NCBI GenBank assembly: GCA_028023455.1 | Contig: JAQFVV010000006.1 | Span: forward strand, 15,500,001-15,564,000 | Source of the DNA: Epiperipatus broadwayi | Lineage: Eukaryota > Animalia > Onychophora | Direction of reading: 5' to 3' | DNA length: 64,000 nt | In this document: piece by piece, positions 1 through 13,152 of the stretch | Position numbering within the stretch: the first letter of the stretch is position 1 | Layout of the letters: every line of letters begins with the position of its first letter | Made by a program: the position numbers and the translations under genes | The notes under the pieces: generated by a model | Databases searched by the model: none | The model's input: the letters and a program-made list of their open reading frames with translations, nothing else | What the model was told of the DNA's origin: nothing

Positions 1-1
1 T

Positions 2-112
2 AGAAGTCAGATTCAGACATCTCGTGAGGCGCGGTCCAATCAGAGGCGATTGCTCACTTCATTTGGTGCTCAGGCTGATGTTAGCGATCTTTTGAAGTTC
101 AACCAGCTCAAG
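2..112 (+). CDS. Set1: Set1/SETD1 histone H3K4 methyltransferase, partial coding exon (end of N-SET region; 5' boundary at or beyond window edge)
   Basis: Frame from nt 2 reads RSQIQTSREARSNQRRLLTSFGAQADVSDLLKFNQLK, matching the SET1-family pre-SET motif (RS.QRRLL...SDLLK.NQLK); followed by GT donor at 113 (AAG|GTGATA), phase 0, joining in frame to FRKKQLKF at 8379. Confidence 0.93.
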
Positions 113-3100
113 GTGATAACATAGTTTTATCTATATTTTTATTTATAATATTTTTTTAATTTGCTTATTGATAGTTTTAAATATATGTTTGTGTGAGTAA
201 AATTAAAATAGTCCAATCCAGAGCAACAAACTCTCCAACAATCCCAAGGAAAAACATTTCTTTTATGTACTTGTATATACTTCTTATAATCAGACATTTG
301 CATGAAGCAATTATTATGTATCTCTTATATATCACTTTATCTTCATAATGGATTAGTCCAGATTTTATCTTAGCTTGATCGTATTAAGCATTCATTGCCA
401 TGGACTAATGGATATACAAATAGATAACGTAAGTCCAATGGCAAGAACGGACCAATAGATGATGATGTTCACTGAATCCGATTGCTGTCACTATGGATGA
501 GGATCTAGCCATAAATAGTCAATCCATTTGGAAGTAAGAGCAGACAACAATTGTCAAAGCTGAACGGCAATATCCTAGTTGTCCACTATACAGTTAACAC
601 AGTGAGGCAAGTCCATATTCAAGACTGGAAGCTGCTGATCCTAGAACAGATATGAGGCAAGCTGTCATAATACAACCGGCAGTGTCACTGTGCCTATTCA
701 TGAGGCAAGCTGTCAAAGTAAGCCTGAAAGTGGTAGGTAAACTTATAAGGATACCTGAAGTCTTCTTTCTATAGTTGCATGGCAAAATAGGAGCTATATC
801 TTGCTAATGGTAGTAGGCAGAGATATAATTGGTTATATTGTAAATACACATTTTATATTAATACATATATATTAATCGTATTTATATGAGTTTGTGTTTA
901 TATATAATCAAGCAAAAACACAACAGTTTGGTGCAGTTGACGGGATTGGCACTCGGATCTTTTTTTCTCTTGCTTTTCTACAGCTTGCTTTATTCTTTTT
1001 TAATATTCGTTATCATCCTTACAGCTATCTCTCAGTTTCCTTTTTTATTTTTTAAATTTTTTAATAATATGTCTCATGATTTTTCTGCCTCTAAGAATAT
1101 ATTTTGCCCATTTTTCTCAAGTATTCTTTTTTACATCTTTTATCTATTCATCTTTCAAGTATTTTTCTACATCAATATCTTATTAGTTTTCTTGGGATTT
1201 TTTTTATAATCCATATTTCTACTTTGTACAAAGGTTCAAACTAAATGATTAATAAGACTTCAAATTTTATATTTATTGTCTCACAAGTAATCTTACTTTT
1301 TTTATTAAAATTCTGTTTCCCATTGTGATTTTTTATTTAACTTTTACATCCACACACACAATTAATGATTGACTTATTATTCCAACATGTTGAGTATAAA
1401 ACTTATTTTCAATTATATCACACAAATCACGATGTAATTAAAAGTTTACTACACATTAAATGGAACGATTAAGCATTTATGTTTTTGATATTTATAGCAT
1501 TTTATGTTATTAAATATATATTATATAACCAAATGACATCGTTTGATTTCAATTCAGTCGTATAGTTTTTATTTTATGCACATAGCTTTTTAATTCATAA
1601 ACTTTTACATTAGGAAATATGATCATATTTGGAGCAGATATTTCAAATTGCTGTATCTAAATAATGTGGAAAGTCTCATGGCTTTAGTGGTTGTCTTTGC
1701 GTGTGCGTTGCACTTACATGGATTTATAGGTCAAATATTATTCTGAATCTCATGTCTTAGAGTCTTTTCATATTAAGAAATTTTACAAACTTAAATAAAG
1801 TCCTTCAACTAACGATTATGAAAAAAGGGAAAATGCTTATTTGCAAAAATGATTAATTAAAGAAAAAATAAATTTAAAATCATTAATTATGTTTATAAAT
1901 ACATATAAGGCTTTAATCTTAATATTAGGTGCCTTTTGGGTGCTTAATTTTTACCACGAGAGTGACCTCTACAAATTTTAACACAAGATTACAACTTTAT
2001 AAAGATAAAAGCGGCCATCTTATCTTCAACCTACTTTGTAATTATATAGGCAATTCTAAAGCATTTCGATTTGAGAGCATGAAGCTAGTAAATACTTCAC
2101 TCGTTTAGAAATCAACATTCACGAAATCTTTTGATTCACAGCAAGTCAATATTTAGATCTTATAATTAGAAATATTTTGAATCAATTTAAAGTTGTAAAC
2201 ATTAATTCTTATTAAGTGCACAATAATTTTCTTCTTCCTTTTTCTTTTCTTAATCAATAAGAAAGCTGGAAATGGTTTGATATGTACTTATGTTTACTTG
2301 ATTTCAAATAAATTTTGTACTGTATATATGGCAGAAATTCTGATAATGAAACTTAGGTCTTTTTTGTAAACTGCTTCACAAATGATAGTCTTTGGGCATA
2401 TATTCAGGTGTAAAAGTGATTAATTATTAGGCGAGCCACTATTTTTCTTTCTTGTTGATATTTTGAGAAGTATTTAGCATAGAATTAGAAAGTTTAGCTT
2501 TTATATTTCATACTTAGTTGAGAATCAGAAATGAATTGATTGACCTGATTTTTTTATTAGTTCTAATTTTTTTATCGATATGTTTTTCCACACAAATTGT
2601 AATGTGTGCTTGTGTTTGTTGTGTTGGTAGATGTAAAAGTAAATGAATATTCAAAGATTATTGTTTTTGTCGTTCCGTTGTCATTTTGTTTTAAGAATAA
2701 ATGTTAGCATAAAATTGCAAGATTTTTTTACTTTTATATGTCCTACGCAATTGGGAGTCGTAAAGTTTTATAGCTATTTACATAGGATACAGGTAAACAT
2801 GCGTTGGTTTGATTTTTTTAACAGTTCAATTTATTTCATGTGATCTGGAAATGGTGTTATGAAAACTGATCTAAAATTCTCGAATATTATAAGTTTTCAA
2901 ATTCGAAAGTTTTGGAATAACGTTATTTAATGTGCTGATATAATATATCCTGCAGTGGATTGATAATGGTTGATGATGATGATGATGATGATCATAGGAA
3001 ACAAATAAATGAAGTTTGATCAAAGAATGAATATGGGACATTTTGGTAATCTAACTAAAATTTATATATGGTAGAATATTTTAAGAAGATAATAAATAAT

Positions 3101-4819
3101 GACAAAGCCTCGCTGATAATGATCATGTATTATCCCTTGATTTAGTACTCTTGTGTATTATAGTTATTTTACTTGTTTTGGGCATCGAGTTTAACATACA
3201 TAATATAAGTACAATTAGTTGTATTATCTGATTGTAGAGATTGCTTTGTTACAATCTGTTTTGAGGTGTAGTGGAATGGACAATCAAAGGTGGTAATGGA
3301 TTTGGATTTAATTCATTCTATTAACATATTTGTTCTGTTTATCTAATTGGAGGAATGTTCGTATTTACCTTCTTGAAATTGTTACTGTGTTTTCCTGATT
3401 ATGATATTTTTGTATTCTGATTAAATCAGTCAGAGGGTCATTCTCTCTATTCTATATTTCTGTAGATCTTGGTAAGACTCTTATCAAAAATGATCCATTT
3501 ATTAACTCCAATTATATTTTGTAAAGTAGATACATTAAACTTTTTTATTGAAGTAGTGATTAGAAATAATGTATGCATTTCAGTTTCATGTAGATTATTT
3601 AAAAGGCTTGCCCAAATTATTATTATAACTGATGGAATATATATATATTTTAAGAATTCATTATCTACTTATATCTCAAGATGAATAAAATTATATGTTT
3701 TGAAATTAAAGTGCATACATTTTGCCTAACTCTTAAACTCAGCATGTCAGTAACAAAAATTTGTCTTTCTGCAAATGGTTTAGAATTAGTTTACACTTCG
3801 AAATACGGACCAAAAATGGTATATGTACATATTAAGCAATACCGTTTATTTAACTTTAGTCTTCTCACTGACTTTCTAATTAATATCCATTCTCAGCTGG
3901 TTTTACTGTCTTTTTTTCTTCAAGTCGAACTAAATTAAAAGCATATTAATTAAAATGAAATCCCAATTAACATTTCAACCAGCTTAATATATTATCCACA
4001 ATTCCAAGCAATTATGCCATCTGATTCACAAATCATAGCAATAGTTCAAATATTTGTAAAGATAAATATTTATGTCAAATTTTAATAAACATCTTACTAC
4101 GTTTATAATGGCTGGAATGTTACTGTGAATTGTGGGTAAGATAGCGTGATTGCTTTGAATTGTGAGTAATGTGCAGCGTTGGTTTAAATGTCAGCCATGT
4201 TTTCATTTTGTATTTTTTTTTGTTGGACTCAAAAAGATAATGTATGACAATGAAATGGCTTACGTAGATATTTATTAAAAATTTAAGCAGAAGTTAATTA
4301 GTATTGTTTAATTATTATTTTTCAAGTTTTACATTTGGTATTTAATGTTAATATATATATATGACATATTAAATAGTTTCGTGGATTAATTGTGATGTAA
4401 ACAAAGGAGGGAGTGGGATTAATTCCATGAAATAACTAGAGAAATATGTTAACACTAATGTTGGTAAATAACTATCAGCTATTTCTGACATCCCATAAGG
4501 TAAACTTAATTCGCTGTAGTAGCTCATAATAGCTTTTTTTGTTTTAAGTTCGCTTAGTAACAAAAAAGTGGTTTTCTTTTATTTTTAACCCAATATCAGT
4601 TGTAGTACATATTTCTGTTTCCAGATACTTTTTGCGGGCACCCTTTGGCATCAATCTGCCAAATAACATCATCGTGTGAAATCATAGTCACACGTGGCAT
4701 ATATTTTAGTAAGGCGTGTTTCACGTATTTGTTAATTTTTTGTAACTGCTGAAAAGTTGAGAACAATATGAAATTCTGTTTTCTTTTAAGGAAAACAATT
4801 GTAATGCTTGAAACATCTT

Positions 4820-5447
4820 ACAAGTAAATTGTTCTGAAAAAACACAAGTTTACGAGTCATTTAATGGAAGTGTTAAATTTAATACATCCCAAAAAAGTCT
4901 GGCGAGTGAAGTCAAATGTCAAAACGATTCCGCTTTTTTGTTTTTCTGGATTTAAATGATATTGTTCACTCAGAATTCATTTATAACAATCAGACATTTA
5001 AAACCTACGAATTCTGAAACTTTTGCGTGATGCAGTAAGACGTAAATGTACCGTTTTGTGGCAAAGTGAGATGTGCATGTTTCATCACGACAAGTGCGCT
5101 AGTGCACAAAGCTTGAGTGTGAAGCAATTTTTATTAAATTCAGCATGACTCAACTTATATATCCACCACATTCACTTGGTCTCACTTCGGATGACTTTTT
5201 AATCTCTTGAATGAAAAAATGTCTCAATTTTTTTTTTTTTTGCAGAGTTAGAAATGATGAAGGAAAAAAGGAGGCGTTAAAAGGCATCACTTTGCAAATG
5301 TTTCCGGACTACTTTGAAAAGTGAAAAACATGCTTAGATTGGTTTATTGCATTAAATAGATTTGAAAGTGTTTCAATTTGCAACACCTAAAAATAAATAT
5401 ACAATTTTTTATTACAAAATTTCAGTTATTTTTGGATCCCTCTTATA
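4820..5447 (+). mobile_element. Decayed mariner (Tc1/mariner) transposase C-terminal half with probable 3' TIR
   Basis: Frameshifted translation gives ..RVKSNVKT..FF...IVHSEF...LRDAVRRK...FHHD...SLSVKQFL...YPPHS...EALKGITLQMFPDYFEK*K.CLD, matching the mariner DD34D region (HHDNA, HPPYSPDL); 3' end on minus strand reads TAAGAGGGATCCAAAAATAAC, mariner-TIR-like. Confidence 0.8.
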
Positions 5448-5954
5448 TATCTTTAAAAATATGGGGTCGCAAAAAACTTTAGCTTAAACACTATTAGTTT
5501 ATGCTTAGTTAGAAATATCAGTACTAATTTATCTCTCTTGTTATTGTGTGGAATTAATCCTTTATTTACATCGTAATTAATCTGTGAAAATATTTTATCA
5601 TACAGAAGTATCTAGGAAGAGATAAAATAATATTTACAGGATATAAAGAAAAGATGAAATTCTTCTAAGTCCTCATGCTTCTAATAATATATTTTTGAGT
5701 TTAAATTCATATAAAACTTTAGTTTAAATTGAAAGAGGAGTTCCCTTTTGTTTCTAAGTGAACTCAAAAGCAAAAGCTATTGGTTTAGCTTAAGAGCTGT
5801 CAGTAATAATTGATAGTTATATAGCAACATCAGTGCCAATTTATTTCTCTAGTTATTACATGGAATTCAACCCCATATAAAGATATAAAATTACTATAAT
5901 GGTCAAATATCCAATACAATTTATTGGTCCATAATGTTGTCACAAATACATAAA

Positions 5955-6179
5955 TAAATAAATCAAAACAAGATTAAAATAAACAACTATTAATAACTAT
6001 ATTATGATATTTATCAGATTGGTTTCCATCTCTATTGAGACCTTCTCAGGGTATTATATTATATAATTCACATAATCTATCTTGAGAAGATCTCAATGGA
6101 GATGAAAGTCAACTCGATAAATATTATAATATAGTTATTAACAATTGTTTATTTCAATCTTATTTTGAATGATTATTTA
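5955..6179. repeat. Fold-back element, ~95-bp inverted arms (5955-6049 / 6082-6179), each with a degenerate HHR-like motif
   Basis: Arms are reverse complements with ~85% identity by eye; each reads outward YTGAGAA-GRTCTC-AATR-GAGAT-(G)GAAA. Confidence 0.6.
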
Positions 6180-7776
6180 CTGACATAAAATTAGCATAGC
6201 TTAATGTTAAGGGGAACAAAGTAGTATCCTGTAGGCTACAAATAAGTAACACTTTGCCTCTTTTAATCATATATATATATATATTGAAATGGTTTCATGA
6301 TCAAGAGATGTCGCATAATCTATATTAATTTTCAGAATCATCCTTGGGAAATATTAAAATAATGAAAGTATGTTTACATTTCACCAAAATAATATTTGCC
6401 TTCAGTTGGGTAAAAAGATAATTCTGTGGTCACTGTAAAGATATCGATGGCTCTTGTATGAGTAAAAACAAAAAACTAATTAAGTTAAAATGTTATAAAT
6501 GGAATAGAACATGTAAAATCACAGAAGCAAATGGAATAAATAAAATGGTTGTAATTTTATCCAACTAAAATAAAAAAGTTAAATAAGAAGTGAGGATCGG
6601 ACATGATGTAGATCGGAAGTTGAAAGTTTCATTAATATTGTCTAATACTTCAATATCTCTATGATTGTTATAAATATCCTTCGATGATGTTTCTCTTATC
6701 TGATAGGATTTCAGAATTGGAGAAATCTATATGGTGACTAATTTCTAAGATGTGAAAAGCAAATGCTGAAGATTGTGATATTTGATTGCATTGGTATTCT
6801 CCTTTCTTTCTCAGTATTGGTGCAACCATTACTTATTTCTATATATATATATAACAAAAAAAATCACATTTATGTTTATCTCGGAGTCAAATAATTAACA
6901 TTAACAGCCTGGCACGCTTTTAGTCTCATGCAACGTAATTGTGATTATGAATCATTATATTGGTTTCTATGTGAAACTGTCTTATATGCATATGTCTGTG
7001 TATACTTAATCTCAATTGCATGCTGATTGGCCTTCAATTAATATTTTGTGTATCCCAAATAAACCATGCCTCCGTGACCTTTCATTCTCTATCATCGCAC
7101 TCTTTGTAAACAAAATTTCTTTCCAAGTTTTTACTTGTAATTAACAAAAACATATCTGGGATTCATTCCCCTTAGATCTTGATATAACGCTAACCTTTAT
7201 GTTATTGAATTAAAATGTCTGATATATATTGAGGGGAAAAGAGAGGAAAAATCATTATGCATAATTTTTTTTTTATGCAAATTATGTCTCATAAAATTAT
7301 TAGACATTTATTACCATCTTCTTCATAATTAATAAAAAAATAATTTGAAAATAAAATAATATATAAATAAAGTTTGAAACTAAGTCTTTGGAAGATAATT
7401 TTTTTATCCCTGTTTCTTATGAGCTTTCAAATCTAAATAAATATATATGTTCTTAAACAAAATATTTTGGTAAATTTGAAAATAAAAATAATAAGTGGTA
7501 TAGATGGATAAAAGTTACATAGAAGAGAAGACAGTGAGAGAGAAGAATTAGATGAATTTATTTAAAATAGAATATAATGGATCTAAAAGGAGCGAATCTT
7601 CGTAAAAGGATCATCTCTTTGCATATGACATATTCACAGAAGTACTTGATTTTATTCAAGGAGAAGCCATTTCATAATTTATATTTACAGATATATCAAT
7701 TTAATATAAATAGAAGAGTTCAAATGAAATTTTTATAAGATCAAATTAAAATTAGTAATAATAAAAATATAATTAG

Positions 7777-8285
7777 TCAGATTTGCTCATATAAAAGAAT
7801 TTGAGTCGTAGGAATAAGAGGATTCCTTTTATTCCTGCATAAATACTATATCTTGTATTGTAGAGGGAAGTATTCATTTATTATTTAACACTTTCAAAAA
7901 GACGCATGCACAATTAGCTTGAAAGGCTGATCTTTGAATGTAATACAATTGTACACATAGCATCATATAAAAATAAATGCTTATTTACTTATAATTGAGT
8001 TTCAGTTAGAGTGACGTTTAGTAAATTCTAGACAATTTCACCGATGTCATTCATCCAAACATCATAAATAGTAATTTAAAGTGAGAATTCTACGCTCACG
8101 CTTTCCTCAACAGTACTTCAGATTTGCTCATATAAAAGAATTTGAGTCATAGGAATAAGAGGATTCCTTCTATTCCTGCATAAATACTATATCTTGTATT
8201 GTAGAGGGAAGTATTCATTTATTATTTAACACTTTCAAAAAGACGCATGCACAATTAGCTTGAAAGGCTGATCTTTGAATGTAAT
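7777..8285 (+). repeat. Family C repeat, 1.5 monomers (168-nt direct repeat 7777-7944 / 8118-8285; period 341 nt)
   Basis: Near-identical 168-nt direct repeats; the whole unit aligns by eye with the 32588-33260 insertion. Confidence 0.8.
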
Positions 8286-8378
8286 CAAATATTTTACGTA
8301 AATGTGCCAGAAGTATTAATTTGTTTTAAAATATTTAAATTGATTTTAATTATTAATGAATGATCTTTTGTCTTTTAG

Positions 8379-8636
8379 TTCCGCAAGAAACAGTTGAAGT
8401 TTGCTAAAAGCCAGATTCATGATTGGGGCCTTTTTGCTCTTGAACCAATTGCTGCAGATGAGATGGTTATTGAGTACGTGGGTCAAATGATCCGGCAGGT
8501 GGTGGCCGATGAACGAGAAAGAAGATATGAAGAACTCGGTATCGGCAGCAGCTACTTGTTCCGGGTCGATTCTGATGCCATTATCGATGCAACTAAGTGT
8601 GGAAATCTTGCAAGATTTATCAATCACAGTTGTAAT
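8379..8636 (+). CDS. Set1: Set1/SETD1 SET domain exon (86 codons)
   Basis: Acceptor tcttttAG at 8377-8378; [39 protein letters not shown]...[11 protein letters not shown]...[17 protein letters not shown]; donor GTAAGT at 8637. Confidence 0.97.
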
Positions 8637-9794
8637 GTAAGTAAACAAGTTACATTTCAAATTAACACTGATTAATTAAACTAAGCTTGTGATGTAGTAA
8701 TTAAAGTTTAAATTTGATTTATATGCTATAAATAATGATAATAAGTTTTTATTTTTGATTGAGAAAAACATTAATGAAATATAAATTTTAATAATTTATC
8801 ATCAGAAATTGCAAACATGTCTTGGAAATACTGTTTGATAGAATTATTAGAAATTTTGTTCAGTGCAGTAGGGGATTCAGATTATCAGTCATTCGAATGG
8901 AACTGTTTTTACCAACCTGCTATTATATGTGCTTGACTTTTGACTGACTAATTTTATGATTATGTATTTTATTTATTATAAATTTAAGCTTAATCCTGTT
9001 CTTATACTACTAACAGTAGTTTTTATAAAAGATGCTAAAGTGTTTCATTTAGAATTATTAACAATTTGACATTCCCAAGAAGCATGAAACAGAAATTTCA
9101 TTTTTATTTATTTGAGGAAGAACCTTCATTTTGTATGCGAAGAGTAAAAAAGTGAATATTCTAGCACCATAAATGAAATTGTGGGTCAAAAGAAAATCTT
9201 AATTTGTCCTCATCAGAAAAAACAGGTGGCTTATTTTAATAACTAGTTGTAATAGCTTGAAAAGATGGAGATTTTTTTTTAAGTTTGTATAATTAAACTG
9301 ACAATTTAGGTATATAGTGATATGTTGAGAGTGTCTACGATTGATTTAAAAGTTGACAGTGGTCTTTCACTTTCAAACCTTTAAATCCCCGGTGACTGTC
9401 ATGTTAAATTTTTAAATATATAGGACAGATATAATCTGTTCAATAACGTCAGTTAGAACACATCAATAGTAAATCGTTATATATTGTTAGAAAGGGCAAA
9501 AATCAAGGAATATAATGAAGTTGAAAAAATATAATTATTACCTTAAAAAAAAAAATTAAAGAAACTTATTTTAACATTTTTAAAAATTGGATGTGCATTA
9601 GTCTAATAAATTATTGTGAATGCAATATAATCATACGGTTAGGGAAATCATGCAACAGTTAAAAAATCCAAATGGCATATCGAGTACAATGATTCCGTTC
9701 AATTGATCAGACTTCTTTTTTCTATTTTATTCAACTGAAAATCAATCCCAGAATCTTTAATTTTCGAATCCCTCACACTACCATTACATTAAAC

Positions 9795-10016
9795 TGCTCA
9801 GTTGGTTAGAGTGTTACCTTAAAATTCAATAATCAAGAATCTAAGGACCCAGGTTCAAATCCCATGCTAGTACTGTCACTGGTCAGGCCAGCAACACCTG
9901 AAGAAGAGGGGAGAAGAATGCCTCGAAACGTTGTGCATATACTAACCTGTTTGCCATGATAGTACTAACAGTTGGTGCATATACTAACCTGTTTGCCGTG
10001 ATATTACTAACAGTTG
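9795..10016 (+). mobile_element. tRNA-derived SINE-like element carrying an HHR and a 42-nt tandem tail
   Basis: A-box-like TGCTCAGTTGG (9795-9805), B-box GGTTCAAATCC (9852-9862), HHR motif at 9895-9935, 42-nt direct repeat 9933-9974 / 9975-10016. Confidence 0.65.
9895..9935 (+). ncRNA. Minimal type I hammerhead ribozyme motif
   Basis: CAC-CTGAAGA-A-GAGG(ggagaagaatg)CCTC-GAAA-CG-TT-GTG: core CUGANGA/GAAA, 4-bp stem II, palindromic AACGUU stem III, 3-bp stem I CAC/GUG. Confidence 0.7.
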
Positions 10017-11391
10017 AATGTATTTGGAATATTTAAATAAAATTAAACTTTTCTAAAGACATTCAACACACATATTAGATGATGAAAATAGTCCAATATA
10101 AAAATACAGCTAGAACACCATCATCACAAACCTTCAGGAATCTAAGTTGATGTTTTGATAAAAAAAAAAATAGAATTGCAATATGATGTAACTGTTTCAT
10201 TGGTCACAAAGGTATCATGCCTATAATGGATCAAGCCCATGGTTTACTGGTACTTTTTAACTTTAAATACAGCAGAATCGGTAAAAACAACTTACGCATA
10301 TTGAATCTAACCTATCACGAGATTCATTTTTAAAGATTTGCATGTCATTGCACTAGCAGTAGTATGCTCAAAAGTAATTTGAAAACAGAATTTTTTTCAT
10401 GCCTGGTATATACCATGTAAATTAAAAGAGACTTGACCATATTGAGTTATAAGCCAATGATCATCTATTAGCTTTTGATAGAAACATCGTAAATTCTACT
10501 CAGATCTGATAAATAATTAAATAACATACGAGTTATAATTCTGATTACTAATTGTTGTCAGTAAGGAATAGAATCTGTATTCATACATTTACACTAAAGT
10601 TTTGAACTAAGATTAGTTTGTTTGTATAGTTATATGAAAAGAATTACAGTTATATTACAAAGAATGACAGGAGCTCACAGGTATTATGAAACTCAGATCA
10701 TTAAAACAAATAGTTTTGGGTATAATAACAGATCTATATAATTACATAGACAAATTGGATTTAAAAACTATAAAGTGTTTTTGAATCTGCAACCTAAGAT
10801 ACACATAAAATAAGATTGACACTTAAATGTTGAAAATATTTTTATTAAAGGAAACTAACATATATAAGGGCATATATAAATACCATATTATAGAACATAT
10901 AAATAATGATGTGCATTGAAAATTTTATAAAGCCTGAGGGAAAATAGTTTGTTCTTTAATTATATATTTGTATTTTACATATAATAATAAATATATAAAA
11001 TCAACATTCCTTCTTTTTCTTTTTAAAACTTGTTTTATTCCAAACTATAATTTTATTTCTCTTCCATATAACGTTTCAACTACATTCTGTAGCCATTATC
11101 AAGTTTCCTTAAAAAAAAACAATAATATTAAAATAAATAAAAAAATAATAATAATAATAACACAAATAAATAAAATATTAATACATCACAAATATATATA
11201 ATATTCAAATAAAACCACAATATTATTATCATCTACAAATATAATTATTTACCTCCTTCCCTATATTTAATTATTTCTTTTAAAATACCTTTATAATTTA
11301 ATACTCTTCTTATATAAATTTATTATCTATTCTCTAAATCTTTACCCATTAACATTCTTTTAATACCCCCTCCCCCCTTTTTTTATATATA

Positions 11392-12335
11392 CACCCGGGT
11401 CTCTTTACGTGGACTTATTTAACATGATTTTGAAGTTATGCGATTCCGTGTTTCACCAGAAGTCGAACTCCGATAATGCACTATTACTTTAAATAATAAA
11501 TTTCGCGTATATTGAAAGTAATAGCACATTATTGGAATTCGACTTTCATCTCAGTAATTTCAATATTTTCAGTGCTTTATAATAGTAAGATTTTATGCAA
11601 TAATGAAATTAAAATCATGATTTCCACATTTTACGTATACACACATTAAATTTTACAAGATTATAATGTAAATTTGTTCAAACATTGTGCGTGTTAATTT
11701 TGCATTTTAAATCACATTCTTTTTTTACTTTTTAAAAAAGAACGTAATCAATTATTAATCATTTAGTGTCCACAATTTATTTTTAATCAGTAATAGCAGT
11801 GAGCACAATTAAAATTGAAAATTAAAGACAAAATAAGAATTTAATTTTTAGTTGTTAGATTAATTACTAATTACGTTGTCACCAGAAAACCATTAACAAC
11901 ACGAGAGTGACGTTGGCGCTAGTTGTAAATTCTCATGTGAAGAATCTGATTTTTTTACGAGTTTGCAAACGAACCTGTTTATTGGCAAATCGCGATAGTA
12001 TTTAAAACGTGTATAAAAAAATGTAAATTACTGTAAATTATGTATAAAAATATATTGTTTTGAATAAAATTAAATATTATAGTTAAAAAAAGTTTGTCTT
12101 GTATCAATTTTTTTCAAATTTGAAATTTTTTATTAGTCATATTTTATTTCCTTTTTTTTTTTTTTTGCACGAATTTTAAAGTAATTTTATGTTGGTGCTT
12201 TGCTTTTATGCGATTTTTGAAAAATCTCAGTTCGTATCCCCCCTTTTTCAAGGTAAGTTACGTCTACTTTTGCGCGATTTCGTTTGCGCATGTTTTCTGA
12301 GGAACCTATCTATTGCGTAAAACGAGACCCAGGTG
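11392..12335. mobile_element. Young non-autonomous DNA transposon (944 bp), CAC...GTG termini, TATA (or TA) target duplication
   Basis: TIRs CACCCGGGTCTC-TTTACG / CGTAAAACGAGACCCAGGTG; the empty site is preserved in the right palindrome arm (about 13305-13322); internal 31-bp hairpin 11460-11490 / 11515-11545; CpGs retained. Confidence 0.85.
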
Positions 12336-12355
12336 TATATTATTCCTATATTATC

Positions 12356-12632
12356 TTATTTTTTATCTTTATTTATTAACATTCTATTTAATACTGGTTT
12401 ATACTGATCAATATATGCTTCCTCTTTTTTTATTCTCTCTTTAAATTTTTTAAGACATTCCAATGGCCTTATATCAAAATTTTCACGCTTAAATTCCTTT
12501 TTATGAATATATATAGCAGAATTTTTATCATATAAATGCTGCCTTAATCCAGTCTTTAATTTATTCTTACTTGTTCCTATATAAGTCATATTTACATTAC
12601 TTTTATAACAATCCATACATTTAATTATATAT
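12356..12632 (-). pseudogene. PLE GIY-YIG endonuclease C-terminal domain (truncated at the GIY motif)
   Basis: YIIKCMDC...YIGTSK.KLKT.LRQH...SAIYIH...RIKKEEAYI..YKPVLN: YIG, catalytic R/H/E/N and the CxxC..H..H motif typical of Penelope-type EN. Confidence 0.85.
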
Positions 12633-12866
12633 GGATTGTTATAAAAGTAATGTAAATATGACTTATATAGGAACAAGTAAACATAAATTAAAGACTAGAT
12701 TAAGGCAGCATTTATATGATAAAAAATCTGCTATATATATTCATAAAAAGGAATTTAAGCGTGAAAATTTTGATATAAGGCCATTGGAATGTCTTAAAAA
12801 ATTTAAAGAGAGAATAAAAAAAGAGGAAGCATATATTGATCAGTATAAACCAGTATTAAAAAGAAT
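12631..12866 (+). pseudogene. Inverted second copy of the PLE GIY-YIG fragment
   Basis: Mirror of 12381-12617 with about 3 substitutions; MDCYKSNVNMTYIGTSKHKLKTRLRQH...KPVL. Confidence 0.85.
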
Positions 12867-13152
12867 AAATATTACCAAAATCATATTTTTCTTTATGTTT
12901 GCCGTAATATCATATAAATACAATTTATCCAAACTTCAAACACTTTTTAGCAAACTTTATTTGTACATACACCTACGTTTCGACTGACCTGCAGTCTTCT
13001 TCAGAGCTATGATATAATGAACAAAATAAAAAAACAACTATATAATAACACCATAATATATATATTTTATGTTGTTTTTAGTTTTTTTATTGTTTAAAAA
13101 AATTTTTTATGGTGTTATTATATAGTTGTTTTTTTATTTTGTTCATTATATC

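Noticed and set aside
8346-8660. 104-aa minus-strand ORF overlapping the SET exon
   Set aside because: Antisense shadow of the conserved exon; no independent evidence.
12356-12987. Bidirectional functional GIY-YIG nuclease gene or homing endonuclease
   Set aside because: Both copies are 5'-truncated at the GIY motif, lack RT and sit in a PLE-type inversion; best explained as retroelement debris.
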